Shown here piece after piece: positions 40,642-51,719 of a stretch of DNA of 64,000 nucleotides. This DNA is from Terriglobia bacterium (GTDB lineage Bacteria > Acidobacteriota > Terriglobia > 20CM-2-55-15). The position numbers were made by a program, and so were the translations under genes. The stretch covers positions 64,001-128,000 of the forward strand of contig CBDCLE010000012.1 in assembly GCA_965218585.1 (NCBI GenBank), in the 5' to 3' direction. Positions within the stretch are counted from its first letter, which is position 1, and each line of letters starts with the position of its first letter. The notes beneath the pieces are model-generated. The model saw only the letters and a program-made list of their open reading frames with translations. It ran no database searches and was not told where the DNA came from.

Positions 40642-40902
40642 GTGTCATTACGAAACGGCGACCGGTCTCGCGCACACCGCCTGCGGAAAGCGAAAACACG
40701 ACGACGAGCCCACATCCGGGAACTCCAGGCAGCGGATCGACCGGCCTCAAAGCCGACTGCAAAACCTGCAGAACCCGCTCCAGAGCCATCGAAAAAGGCA
40801 GCAAAGCCGTCAGAACCGGCCTCAAAGCCATCGAAACCGGCTGCAAAATCCGCCAAAAAGCCAGCCAAGACGGCCAAGAAGAAGAAACAGGAATCGGCTT
40901 GA
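40642..40902 (+). CDS. Small basic protein with Lys/Pro/Ala (histone H1-like) tail
   Basis: RBS aaggag, GTG start, Arg-rich head, KPA/KPS repeats. Confidence 0.65.
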   Translation: MSLRNGDRSRAHRLRKAKTRRRAHIRELQAADRPASKPTAKPAEPAPEPSKKAAKPSEPASKPSKPAAKSAKKPAKTAKKKKQESA

Positions 40903-40924
40903 GCTACACGAGCTGTGGCAATGG

Positions 40925-41821
40925 ATGAATAAGAAGATCGTCATTTGTACGGGAGCGAATCGAGGTATCGGCTTCCACTATTGCCGCCAGATGCTGGGCC
41001 ATGACTACCAGGTGGTGTTGGCCTGCCGAAACCAGGAGATGGGTGAATCGGCGCTTGAAAGCCTGAACACGGAATTCCCGGACGCTTCGGTGGAGCTCAT
41101 GTTGGTGGACATGAGTGATCTGGAATCGATCAAAGCTTTCGCAGACGCATACTCGAGCAAGCATCCCACTCTCGACATTCTCCACAACAACGCCGGCGCA
41201 TTCTCGTTCAGCAAAGAGCGTGCCCTCACGAATTCAGGAATGGAGCGTCACTTCGGAACCAACTTCGTCGGACCCTTCTTTCTGACGGCGCTTCTCTTTC
41301 CCATATTGAAAGCCACTCCAAATGCACGAGTGGTCAACCTTTCATCCTTTGCGCACGAGGGCCACCCAACTGATCTGAACGATCTGCAGATGGGAACTAA
41401 TCCGAAGGGATTCAAGAGCCCGGAAGCCTATTCCAGAAGCAAGTGGGCCCTAAACGCGTTCACCTTCGAACTCCAGCGTCGCATTGAAGAAGCGAGGCTC
41501 GACATGCAAGCGATCGTGGCTCATCCGGGCATGTCCTACACCGGAATTACACAGCGTGGTAGCACTAACGTGTTCCAGAAGGTCATGATCACTGTTGCTG
41601 AAAGAATCCTTGGGGATGCGCCCGAGAAGGCAGCGAGAGCGGGTGTGATGGCGTCGATCGAGGGTGTGGGCGGCGAGTACTTCGGCCCGACCGGGTTCCT
41701 GCAGGCGAGGGGAAAACCGGGCCGGTTGAAACCCAACCCTGCCACTCTGGACCAGGTCGCCGCACAAACACTCTGGACGGCTGCCGAAGACCTATCCGGC
41801 CAAAGGTTCGTTGTTGACTGA
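40925..41821 (+). CDS. Short-chain dehydrogenase/reductase (retinol-dehydrogenase-like)
   Basis: TGANRGIG, NNAG, YSRSK, AHPG. Confidence 0.92.
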   Translation: MNKKIVICTGANRGIGFHYCRQMLGHDYQVVLACRNQEMGESALESLNTEFPDASVELMLVDMSDLESIKAFADAYSSKHPTLDILHNNAGAFSFSKERALTNSGMERHFGTNFVGPFFLTALLFPILKATPNARVVNLSSFAHEGHPTDLNDLQMGTNPKGFKSPEAYSRSKWALNAFTFELQRRIEEARLDMQAIVAHPGMSYTGITQRGSTNVFQKVMITVAERILGDAPEKAARAGVMASIEGVGGEYFGPTGFLQARGKPGRLKPNPATLDQVAAQTLWTAAEDLSGQRFVVD

Positions 41822-41841
41822 GATGCTCCGCCCCGAAGGGC

Positions 41842-44467
41842 CTACTCGGTCCGCAGCGCCTCGATTGGATCGACTCCTGCGGCCCGGCGCGCAGGCATGA
41901 AGCTCGCAAGCAAGGCAACCACCGTGACACACACCGACACGGTGACGTAAGTGGCTACGTCTACCGCTCCGACCCCCACCAACATTCCGGTCATCAACCG
42001 CGTAAGCCAATAGGCGGCGACAAGCCCCAACGCCACACCCGTGATAGCCAACCCGAACCCCTGACGGAGCACCATCCACGTCGCGCTCTTTCGTCCGGTC
42101 AAAATTCGATTCATCGACAAGCCGAAGAACCGCCGCAGATAGTGCCAGTGTTCGCTACTATTGTATATAATTCCCCTTTTTTAGCTCGGGGAGAAAGTCC
42201 GGGGTGCCAACCCGTGGGCTTCGAATCGCATAGCTCATGGTACGCGGCGAGAAGAACTGCTCACCCCAGAAGTCCTCCATCAACATAGGCCAGTACATCA
42301 CGGCCACTGGAGGCTCTGTGACCCCATCGTCGCGTACATCACCCACCACGCCAATAATCTCCCGCCAGTCTCCCGGCTCCAGTCCCGTGCTGACCCGTCT
42401 GCCAACGGCTTCCCCTGGATCGTTCCAGTACTCCCTGGTGAAGTTCTCCGTGACGAGCACCACCGGGGCCCGGTTGTGAATATCCGTCCAGGTGAGGGAA
42501 CACCCGGCCACGACCGGGTTGCCCATCACCTCGAAGTACCCCTCGCCTATCCATTTGAAGCGACGGATGGGTGGTAGCTGTCCATCTGCGAGCGGAAAGT
42601 CTTCGACAAAAATAGGATCGTTCCCGCCGGTGCCTTCCATCGTGATGGAACTTGAAAAGCCCACTGACGTCACCCCTGTCATCTCGGCCAACCCTCGCGC
42701 AATCTGTTCATGTCGCCCGGCTGCCTCTACAGGATCCTCGATCTCTCTCTCAGGAACAGCTACGTCCAGGATGATCACATCCTCAGGGGCCTGGAAATCG
42801 GGGTTGGATCCCCGGATGGCCTGAAAGCTCCGGACCATGAGACCTGCACCCACGATGAGAACCAACGCCAGGGCAATCTGTCCGACGGCGAGGGCATGGC
42901 GGGTCCGGTGGCGCCCAGGCCCACTCTCACCACCGCGGCCGCCTTCTTTCAATACGCTCACCAGATCCACCCGCCCGCTACGGATGACGGGAAGGAGCCC
43001 GAAGGCGATTCCCGAGAGGATCGAGGCGCACAAGGTGAATGCAAGCACTCCGGGGTCGATCGAGACCACATCGAGACGCGGTAGCTCGGCCGGAGCAATG
43101 GTCACCAGCAACCGGAGTCCTAATCGGGCCAGACCCAGGCCGACGATTCCACCTAGCAGGCCCAGCAGAACGGTCTCCACCAGATATTGGCCCGCAATCT
43201 GACGCTGGCTGGCCCCGATGGCGCTCCTTACGGCCACTTCCCGCTCCCGACCCTCGGCCCGGACGACGAAAAGGTTGGCCACGTTGGCGCAGGCAATGAG
43301 GAGGACGATCCCAACCGTCCCCAGCAATACCCAGAGCACGTCACGCACATCCCCGACGATGGTGTCCCTCAGGGGAGTGAGAACCGAAGCCATTCCCGCT
43401 TCTTCCAGGATTTCCATCGGTATCCCGCCGGGGAATTTTTCCACCGCGACGGGCAAGAGCCGGGCGAAGTCTTCGGTCACCGCCTCGAGGCTCACACCGT
43501 CCCTCAAGCGGGCGATGCTGTAGTAATTGAATTGGCTTACGGTAAGGACGGCACGGTCGAAGCGGAAGGGAAGATAGATCTCGGGGTCGGCGTCAAGAAA
43601 GCGGAAACCGCGAGGCATCACCCCGATGATCTCTCGGACCCGTCCCTCAATTTCAATCGCGTGCCCCACGATATCGGACCGACTGGCAAACTGACTCTCC
43701 CAGTAGGCGTGGCTGAGGATCACCGTCTCGGGCGTTCCCGGCGTATCGTCTTCGACACTGAAGAGACGGCCGAGGATCGTTTGCGCACGCAAGGTCGAAA
43801 GCGTCCCGGCGGTAACCATGGCAGCGGCAAGTTCAACGGGCTCGGCCCCATCACGAACGACGACGTCGTCAAAGCGCCAAAGTCCGATGTCCTCGATGAG
43901 CCGAGCTTCGTCCTTGTACGTAAAGTGGAGTGCCGCCGATTGTAGCAGATCCTCGACACCATTTCCCGGTGCAGTCGAGGACACCGGCACGAGCCGTTCG
44001 GACTCGTCGTAGGGAAGGGGCTCGAGCAGGATTCCCTTTACCAGGCTGAAAATTGCCGTATTCGCTCCGATACCGATGCCCAGGGTCAGGACGACGACCG
44101 CTCCGAAAACTGGGGCCCGGCGCAGGCGACGCAGTGCCAGCCGCGCGTCCCGAAGAACGTTGGCCATCACTTCCCCGAATCCACCCGCCTTGCGCAAAGC
44201 CCTTTCCGAATTCTTAATCGGGCGCACGATGTGATCACGGGTGATACTCCGCTTGGCGTTGAGGATGTCCCTGGCCAACTGGTCCCAGTCACTGACCAGT
44301 CCGCAAGCCTCGGCGTCGGCTTCAACCGGGCCGGCGCCGCGCGTCCGGGCATCGCGATATCCGTCCTCCAGCTGGGAGGAAATGTCTTCAATAATCTCGA
44401 GCTCGGTCGCCCGGTCAACGTCGGGGAGTGCGATGTGCTGGCGGACGTAGGTGGGCCAATCACGCAT
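41842..44467 (-). pseudogene. ADOP-type duplicated ABC permease, internally deleted or interrupted
   Basis: TLGIGIGANTAIFS, LLIACANVANL, REVAVRSAIGA. Breaks at ~42180 and the C-terminus PARRAAGVDPIEALRTE resumes at ~42078. Confidence 0.8.
42080..42175 (+). mobile_element. Probable IS remnant (IS1595-like right end)
   Basis: Foreign ~95 bp encoding a basic tail ...IDKPKNRRR*, then tgtatataattccc, which resembles IS1595-type termini. Confidence 0.45.
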
Positions 44468-44798
44468 CGCTCGGCTCCGTATCCAGGACCAGACTCACAG
44501 CCAGGGTGAACTCGTCCCAGGTTTGACGTTGCGTGGCCAGCGCTGCTATTCCGCTTTTGGTAAGACGATAGAAACGCCTCCGGCGTTCACCTCGCTTCTC
44601 GACCCACCGGCCGTCAATCCAACCACGCTCCTCCATTCGGCAGAGAATCGGGTAAAGCGAGGAGATCTGAAACCGCAGTCGACCACCGGAACGTTTTTCA
44701 ATCAGCTTTCCGATTTCATAGCCGTGGCGCGGCTGGTCTCTGAGGAGTGCAAGCAATAACAGCTCGACGCTGCCTTTCTTGAGGACTGGGCTGAACAC
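44460..44798 (-). CDS. PadR-family transcriptional regulator
   Basis: KKGSVELLLL, HGYEI, SLYPILCRME, RRRFYRLT. Overlaps the permease start. Confidence 0.93.
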   Translation of the reverse strand: MFSPVLKKGSVELLLLALLRDQPRHGYEIGKLIEKRSGGRLRFQISSLYPILCRMEERGWIDGRWVEKRGERRRRFYRLTKSGIAALATQRQTWDEFTLAVSLVLDTEPSDA

Positions 44799-44834
44799 GA
44801 TGACCCTCCAATGGAATCTTCGATGTTATGGTGC

Positions 44835-44866
44835 ATACAGATATGTTGTATTGAAGTATATGTCAA
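44835..44866 (-). promoter_or_regulatory. Putative sigma70 promoter with overlapping PadR operator
   Basis: Minus strand TTGACA-17-TATCTG and inverted repeat ATACA-N7-TGTAT (44835-44851). Confidence 0.45.
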
Positions 44867-45005
44867 TCGAGGGAGCGAGGCAAGGAAACGGAGGGGGGGC
44901 AGGGCGAGAACAGCGTGGTGCAGGAAGCCAGGGAGGGAGAAGCTCGGAAATAGCGTGGTGACCGCAGGGGCCTTTCCGGCCCCCTCAACCGATCAGGAAG
45001 TGGAC

Positions 45006-45797
45006 TTACTCGCAGGCCTCGGCAACAGGCTCGACCAACGTCACGTTGATGCCCTCAACGCCGCCCTCTCCCATCAATAGACCGCTGACCGACATCTTCT
45101 GGCCAAGGAACCCGTCAAGAGCCATAAGAACGAACTTGAGATCGAAGGTCCGCTCTCCCAGCGCCAGGGTCGCGTCGTTTTCGCCAACGCCCGCGGCATC
45201 GATGCGTTCCGGGGCCGTCGAGCTGTTCAACGTCCAGTTGCCAAAACCTTCTCCTGGGGCCAGGCAACCGACCACTCTGGCCAGCGTGGAGTTCGGGAGC
45301 TCTCCGGGTCCATCTTCAGCAATGATCTGAACATCCACCGTAGACTCTGCAGTCAGCTCCGCGTCACCGGCCGGATACCCATTCCGGCTCAGGATGAAGG
45401 CCGTAACGTCGACATATGTATCAATCGACAGCGTACCAGCGTCACCATTCGGCATGTTCGTACGGATGTAGTCGAACAGTTCGTCGACCGTCCGTTCCCT
45501 ATAGCCCTCCTGAAAGCTTTCGCCGACCAGCGGGCTTGCCCTGTTGGCACCCCCCTCGAGCTCGGTGCCGTGGCATCGGGCACAGGACGCCAGGAAGCGT
45601 TCACCACCGCGCGCGGCTTGTGCGTCGGTAAACACGCCATCCCAGACAGTTCGGGCTTCCTCCGCGTCTTGTCCCGGCGCCGCGCTCACGAATAAACCAC
45701 TTGTCACAACAACGAACGCAGCGATGCCGAAGACGAAAAGCCGGACCGCGTGGCTTCTGATTCGGGAGTTGTTCAAACGTTGAAGCACCTGATTCAT
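45006..45797 (-). CDS. Periplasmic c-type cytochrome
   Basis: CARCH heme motif, TVWDGVFT, distal Met in TNMP. Confidence 0.85.
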   Translation of the reverse strand: MNQVLQRLNNSRIRSHAVRLFVFGIAAFVVVTSGLFVSAAPGQDAEEARTVWDGVFTDAQAARGGERFLASCARCHGTELEGGANRASPLVGESFQEGYRERTVDELFDYIRTNMPNGDAGTLSIDTYVDVTAFILSRNGYPAGDAELTAESTVDVQIIAEDGPGELPNSTLARVVGCLAPGEGFGNWTLNSSTAPERIDAAGVGENDATLALGERTFDLKFVLMALDGFLGQKMSVSGLLMGEGGVEGINVTLVEPVAEACE

Positions 45798-45946
45798 AGC
45801 ATTTGCTCCATAGTGTTCGGGTCGCCATCGAGCGGCCCTGAAAGAAAAGACATGTCTGTCTTGAACCCGTTCAACATAGTTCTGGCACAACCGACCGATG
45901 CAGAGATAACCGACTACAGATTTCCAAAGGATCGATGTCTGTCATT

Positions 45947-45986
45947 AAAAGAAGAGTGGCTGGCATCAATCTCCTCTGCCAGCCAC
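45947..45986 (-). terminator. Rho-independent terminator after the DUF1552 gene
   Basis: 10-bp stem gtggctggca/tgccagccac followed by tcttctttt on the minus strand. Confidence 0.6.
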
Positions 45987-46021
45987 ACTCGTTTCACCAA
46001 GCGGTCTTAGAACATCGTCGC

Positions 46022-47341
46022 TTAGGAAAGGTCCAGCAGGCCCGTGCTCTCGCCGATCTTTTCGAGTTCGACATTCGCCAGATCAGCAAGACCTAACAAC
46101 AGATTCTGCGTCGGCTCTTCGTTCTCCACGGCGATGTGACGGCCACCCTTCATACGGCCATTCGCTCCGCCGACGACGACGGCGGGCGGATTGGACCGTT
46201 CGTGCTGGTTGCCGTCGCTCATACCGCTACCCCAGTACAAGACTGAATGATCCAGGAGCGAGCCGTCGCCATCCGGCGTCGCGGCCAGCTTGCCCAGGAA
46301 CTGACTGAACTTCATGACATGGTACGTGCCGATCTTGGTGTACTTCTCGAGTTTCTCCGAGTCGTTCCCATGGTGCGACATGGTGTGGTGCGCTTCAGGG
46401 ACTCCGATAAAGGCGTAACTCCGGTCGCTTGCCTCCAGGCCGGACAGGAACGTGAAGACACGCGTGATGTCACCCTGGAACGCGAGGTGCATCAGATCGT
46501 AGCTGAGCGTCAGGTACTCATCGAAGCTTTGGGGAACACCGATCGGCGACGTGGGAATCTCGATGTCCGCCGTTTCGCTTCGTAGTTCCATCTGCTGGAG
46601 CTGCCGTTCCACCTGGCGGATGTTCTCCAGATACTCGGTAAGAATCCGGTTGTCGGCCGGGCCCAATTCCTGCTGAAGCTTCAGCGCCTCGCCTGCCACC
46701 GAATCCAGCATGCTCTGCTTTCGCTGCAAGCGCGCGAGCCGTTGCTCGGGCGTCCCGGCTTCACCGAACATGCGCTCGAACGTAATCCGAGGATTGATCT
46801 CGACGGTGCGCGGAGTCGTTTCATCCCGCCATGAAAGCGCGTTGAAATAGATGCACGCAAAGTCGTCACACGAACCCACCGAGGTGCCCAGACTTTCGGT
46901 GCCGATCTCGAGCGAGGGGAACGGCGTGTCCCCTGCATGCTTGTCGGCGATGTATTGGTCGACGGTTTTTGCTGATTCGATCGCAGCACCGTTCCTTCCG
47001 ACTGGACCTACTCCGTTCAGGAAGGCGGAACTCGCGCCCAGATGGATGGAATTGCCATACGGGGCTTCCATCCCACTGACTGTGATCATCTGATCCCGAA
47101 ACGGGCCGAGCGGGCTCATCGGAGGCTTCATTTCAAACTTCCGGCCGACCGTTTCCGGGTGCCAACGGTCGGGGTAGATCCCGACGGGATAGTAGATAGC
47201 ACCGAAACGGAACGGGGCGCTGGCCTCGGACTGCGCCGCCAGCGCGGGCACCATCGCATCCAGCATCGGAAGCGCAACCGCGGTGCCTAACGCACCCCGG
47301 AGAAACGTGCGTCGAGACAAACGCTTTTTGGTGATGATCAT
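46022..47341 (-). CDS. DUF1552 family Tat-exported protein
   Basis: SRRTFLRG Tat motif, EINPR..FERMFG, HHTMSHH, GSGMSDGNQH. Confidence 0.9.
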   Translation of the reverse strand: MIITKKRLSRRTFLRGALGTAVALPMLDAMVPALAAQSEASAPFRFGAIYYPVGIYPDRWHPETVGRKFEMKPPMSPLGPFRDQMITVSGMEAPYGNSIHLGASSAFLNGVGPVGRNGAAIESAKTVDQYIADKHAGDTPFPSLEIGTESLGTSVGSCDDFACIYFNALSWRDETTPRTVEINPRITFERMFGEAGTPEQRLARLQRKQSMLDSVAGEALKLQQELGPADNRILTEYLENIRQVERQLQQMELRSETADIEIPTSPIGVPQSFDEYLTLSYDLMHLAFQGDITRVFTFLSGLEASDRSYAFIGVPEAHHTMSHHGNDSEKLEKYTKIGTYHVMKFSQFLGKLAATPDGDGSLLDHSVLYWGSGMSDGNQHERSNPPAVVVGGANGRMKGGRHIAVENEEPTQNLLLGLADLANVELEKIGESTGLLDLS

Positions 47342-47347
47342 CAGTAG

Positions 47348-49747
47348 TTACTCCTCTCTCGGATCTAGTTGGGCGATCTTTGTTCTGTTCTGGAACGGTC
47401 TGCTTTCGACGATTCCCGTGATTATAGATGCTAAGCGATAGTCGTTCGCGGCCGCAGCTGCGACGACACCCCGGACAACCGGCATATCGTATGCCTCGAG
47501 ACCGCGGCCCAGCGCGTAAGTCATAAGCCGTTCGGTAAGAACACCGACAAATGCGTCGGGCCGACTGACTAGGGCTTCCCGCAACGCTACAGGGCCATCC
47601 ACTTCGGTACCATCGGCAAGAACACCCGAGGAATCGATAGGTGCGCCATCGTCGGTCGTCTCTCGCCACTGGCCAATGGGATTGAAGTTCTCAAGCGCAA
47701 ACCCTACCGGATCGATGATCGAATGACAGCCCGAGCAGGCTGGATTGGCGCGATGCGCCTCCATCCGTTGGCGCACAGTTTGTACCTCGGTCACGGGCGC
47801 GCTATCGTCGAGCGCCGGAACGTTCGCCGGAGGAGGCGGCGGCGGAGTGTTCAGGAAAGTCTCAAGAATGTATTTTCCCCTAAAAACGGGGGATGTGCGT
47901 GTTGCAGCCGAGGTTAGCGACAGGACACTCGCATGGCCGAGCAGGCCTCTCCGATTTGGATCGGTCAACCCGACTCGCCGGAAGCGCGACCCGCTGATCC
48001 CGGAAATGCCATAGTGCTTGGCGAGTCGCTCATTGACGAAAGTGTAGTCCGCGGTCAACAGTTCGAGCGCACTACGGTTTTCCTGCACGATGCTCGCAAA
48101 GAACAGTTCGGTCTCACGCCCAAACGCCTCACGCAGGTTGTGGTCGAAGTCCGGGAAGCCGCGGATGTCGGGAACGACCCGATCGAGGTTCCGAAGCTCG
48201 AGCCACTGTCCGGCGAAATCCGAGACCATCGAGGCCGCACGCTCGTCGGCCAACATCCTTCGAACCTGGCCCTCGAGCACTCCCGGTTCACGGAGCACCC
48301 CCTGTTCGGCCAGGCTCAGCAGTTCGTCATCTGGAATCGTGTTCCACAGGAAGAACGAGAGACGCGAAGCCAGCTCCAGGTCGCTCACCTGGTGCCCAGC
48401 ACCACCTTCCAGGTCAGCGGGGTCGCGTTCGGCGCGGAATACGAAAGACGGACTGGCCAGGATTCGAGCGAGACCGTCACGAATACCGGCGTCGAAATCT
48501 CCCGTCCGACGTGCAGACTCATAGAACGCCATCGGCGCCTCGAGTTCGTATTCGGCCAACGGTCGCCGATACGCGCGGCGGGCCACGTCAGAGAGAATTT
48601 CCTCCGCGCAGGCTGTTTCCTCCAACCGAGAAGCGGGTTCGCAAATGAAGAGCCTCTCCCGTATTGGATTCTCACTTACGCCGGTCACGTTGAACGCTCC
48701 CTCGATCGTCACGGACTTCAGCTCGGCCAGGCCGCCGGTGTTGTGCAGATCCAAACTCGCCCGCGCCGACGGGCGGAGGATCTCCTGAACCCGTACTGGT
48801 TTCTCGACAAACGTAAACACAACGTCGTGGGGACCGGCTGTCACGAACGTAGTGACCTGCATCCGTGCTGCGACCTCGGAGGCAGCGATAGCTGAAGTTT
48901 CCGCCGAAAAGGCGCTGTCTTCCACACCCCCAATTGGCGCCACGAGGACCCGTTCACCGTCGATGGAGATCTCGAACTCGTGCGGCTGATCCTGTCCCTC
49001 GATACCGCTGTCCCCTGCTGCGAGCCCTCTGATGAGCGTGCCGAACAGCCGATAGTCGCCGTCAGCGGGGAAGTTGTGGCGGACACGTATGCCGCCGCGC
49101 GTGCCCAGCGGCAGTCCTTCGACATGCGACTCCTGGCTGACGTCGGCGCGCATCGGGTACACCGACATCTCGGCTGGAAATTCGGTGTCGCCGACCGCCA
49201 GCGTGCTGATGCGCATCGCGGCGGTGAGGTAGCGCTCGAGCAGAGCCGGGGAAGTCAACAGCGCGGTCGCGTTGTTGTCAAAACCGAAGTCCGAACTGTC
49301 CGGGGGCAGGAGTGCGGTCACGTCGATTTCGACGCCCAGCAGGTCCCGAATCGCGTTCCCATACTCCGTGCGGTTCAGCCGATGCAGGACAAACTCGCCC
49401 GGATTGTTCTCCTCGTCTGCGGCACGTCCAAGTGAAGCGGACAGATACTCGGTAAAAGCCACCATCCGAGCGTCCGCAGGCCGCGGCATACTCTGAGGCG
49501 GCATCGCCCGCACGGCAAGCTTGCGAAGCACCCGCTCCCATATTTCAGCGTCGGTGCCCGGGTCATCGAGGTTCGCCTGGTCGAGATACACCGGATTGGC
49601 GGACGGTTCTGCGAATTGCTGGTTGTGGCAGGATACACAGTAGTTTTCAACCAGAGCGTGATGTTCGGCCGGTGCCTGGGCCTCGGCCGAGACAGCGCTC
49701 GAGAGAACACACAGGACTGCGAAGGTGAGAAGTAGAAGATTCTTCAT
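47348..49747 (-). CDS. DUF1587/1592/1588/1585/1595 diheme cytochrome-like protein
   Basis: CVSCH, RLNRTEY, ELASRLSFFLW, TSPVFRG, CSGCH. Confidence 0.9.
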   Translation of the reverse strand: MKNLLLLTFAVLCVLSSAVSAEAQAPAEHHALVENYCVSCHNQQFAEPSANPVYLDQANLDDPGTDAEIWERVLRKLAVRAMPPQSMPRPADARMVAFTEYLSASLGRAADEENNPGEFVLHRLNRTEYGNAIRDLLGVEIDVTALLPPDSSDFGFDNNATALLTSPALLERYLTAAMRISTLAVGDTEFPAEMSVYPMRADVSQESHVEGLPLGTRGGIRVRHNFPADGDYRLFGTLIRGLAAGDSGIEGQDQPHEFEISIDGERVLVAPIGGVEDSAFSAETSAIAASEVAARMQVTTFVTAGPHDVVFTFVEKPVRVQEILRPSARASLDLHNTGGLAELKSVTIEGAFNVTGVSENPIRERLFICEPASRLEETACAEEILSDVARRAYRRPLAEYELEAPMAFYESARRTGDFDAGIRDGLARILASPSFVFRAERDPADLEGGAGHQVSDLELASRLSFFLWNTIPDDELLSLAEQGVLREPGVLEGQVRRMLADERAASMVSDFAGQWLELRNLDRVVPDIRGFPDFDHNLREAFGRETELFFASIVQENRSALELLTADYTFVNERLAKHYGISGISGSRFRRVGLTDPNRRGLLGHASVLSLTSAATRTSPVFRGKYILETFLNTPPPPPPANVPALDDSAPVTEVQTVRQRMEAHRANPACSGCHSIIDPVGFALENFNPIGQWRETTDDGAPIDSSGVLADGTEVDGPVALREALVSRPDAFVGVLTERLMTYALGRGLEAYDMPVVRGVVAAAAANDYRLASIITGIVESRPFQNRTKIAQLDPREE

Positions 49748-49750
49748 GTA

Positions 49751-51388
49751 TTAGTTCTCCGCGACGGTAGCAGCTTCCGCATCCTCCGGATCAGGTTCGG
49801 GAAGAGGATCGACCGGCAGGCCCATCAACTCCTGCAGCAACCTGACGACCTCGGGCTTGGCCTCGCCCTCCTCCACCGGCACGGGGTTGCCTTCTTCATC
49901 GTTTGGCTCCGCAGGCTGCTTGCCCATTGCCAGATCCAGCGGTGTCAGATCCGACTCGTTCGCCAGGTCCAGCTTGGCGCCCGCATCCGCCAGGGCACGG
50001 ACCAATTCCACCTTGCCCCTCTCGGCTGCTTGATGGAGCGCGGTATTCCCTTCAAGGTTGACGGTATCCAGATCCGCGCCGCCGGAAACAAGGACCTTGA
50101 CCGCCTCGACGGATTCGCGCACCGATTCCGTTCGGTACGGTACGTCCCAGGGCGCTTCCCCGGGCCGCTCGTCTCCCGGACCACCCCCGCGGTATCGGCC
50201 AGCCACGCTGGCGCCAAGGGCTGCCATCAGGGGTGTCTCACCCACCTTGAATGTCTCGCGGCCACCGTTGACCTCGACGGCTTCGGGAGCGATGTTCGGA
50301 TCTGCACCCGCTTCGAGCAGAAACCGGATCAGGTCGACGTTGGTTTCCCGCGCCGCTCGGTACAACGGCGTGCCGTTGTGACCTGCCGCTCCGCTGGCGC
50401 CCAGCGAGTGCAGCGACCCGCTGAAGGTGCCATTGGGATCCGCACCCGCTTCGAGCAAGCGCTCCATCAGGTCCATCGCGGTCAATTCGTTCGGATGGTC
50501 CGGCCAGGGCCGATTGGAATCGAACGCCAGAAAGTCGCCGGGCATCTCATGCAAGTCCACGGTCCAATACAACGAGCCGTCATTTGGGTCGGCACCCAGT
50601 TCCAGCAGCATGTTCGCCAGATCGAACCGATCGTTGTAGATGGCGATGATCATCGGAGTGGCGTTATCGGGATTCTTCGCGTTGATGTCGGCACCGGCCT
50701 CGAGGAGGGCGCGCACGACATCGGAATGCGCCTGCCGGGTCGCGAACATCAGCGCGGTCAAGCCGCCGGTTGGATGATCCGCGTTCTCCCGAGTCTCGAT
50801 GAGGGTAACACCGGCGACCGCGTTAGGGTCGGCTCCGGCTTCGAGCAACAACTCGACTATCTCAAGATGCCCCTCGCTCGCTGCCCACATCAGCGGGGTC
50901 TGGTCCTGCCACTGCTCCTTAGCGTTGACGGCGGCGCCGGCATCGAGCAGCATGCGCACAGCTGCAGTGTTTCCGGCAAGTGACGCACCCATCAGAGGTG
51001 TCTCTCCACCAGGATGTGCGAGATTCGGATCAGCGCCTGCGTCGAGCAGTGCCTCCACCAGGACCGCATCACCGACGCGACTTGCCTGAATCAACGGGGT
51101 CACACCGTAACGGTTTGCAGTCTGAGGGTCGGCTCCCGCCGCGATGAGCGCCCGGGCCATGTCGGCATCCTGGTGGTACGCTGCCCACAGCAACGCCGTA
51201 GAACCGTCCGCTTCGGACTCGTTGACATCCAGTTGGTCCGCGATTAACTCGAGAACCGCATCGACGTCCCCATTCCTCGCAGCTACGGCCACGTCGGATT
51301 CGGCTGCCCACACGGGTCCTGCTACCAGCAAACCGACGACACACAACAATGCCAGTAACATCCACCCTGATCTATATTCCGTCTGCAT
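49751..51388 (-). CDS. Secreted ankyrin-repeat protein
   Basis: Signal peptide and many G.TPL/TAL...GAD.N repeats. Confidence 0.92.
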   Translation of the reverse strand: MQTEYRSGWMLLALLCVVGLLVAGPVWAAESDVAVAARNGDVDAVLELIADQLDVNESEADGSTALLWAAYHQDADMARALIAAGADPQTANRYGVTPLIQASRVGDAVLVEALLDAGADPNLAHPGGETPLMGASLAGNTAAVRMLLDAGAAVNAKEQWQDQTPLMWAASEGHLEIVELLLEAGADPNAVAGVTLIETRENADHPTGGLTALMFATRQAHSDVVRALLEAGADINAKNPDNATPMIIAIYNDRFDLANMLLELGADPNDGSLYWTVDLHEMPGDFLAFDSNRPWPDHPNELTAMDLMERLLEAGADPNGTFSGSLHSLGASGAAGHNGTPLYRAARETNVDLIRFLLEAGADPNIAPEAVEVNGGRETFKVGETPLMAALGASVAGRYRGGGPGDERPGEAPWDVPYRTESVRESVEAVKVLVSGGADLDTVNLEGNTALHQAAERGKVELVRALADAGAKLDLANESDLTPLDLAMGKQPAEPNDEEGNPVPVEEGEAKPEVVRLLQELMGLPVDPLPEPDPEDAEAATVAEN

Positions 51389-51719
51389 CTCGCTCCCCTG
51401 ACTCAAGAGATTAATCACATGTGGGCCATCTACGAACGAACAAAGAACTTATGACGGCCGCAAGGTCACGCGCTACGGGCGGGCAGAATACCCCGCCCCG
51501 GTATCATCCGCATACATTCCAATACCTGTGCAGGGTACCACAGTGAGCATGGAAGATCGGCCAGAAAATCGGCAAAAAAGGCCAACGTTCTGAAGGACTT
51601 GAGTGCAGTTGCTCCAGACCGAAAATCAGTCGCGTTTACGGTTAGAAATTCAACATGAAGGCGCCGGTTTGACAAATGTCTGAAGACAAATCGTCTTTAG
51701 CTTCGTATTTAGAAAACGG

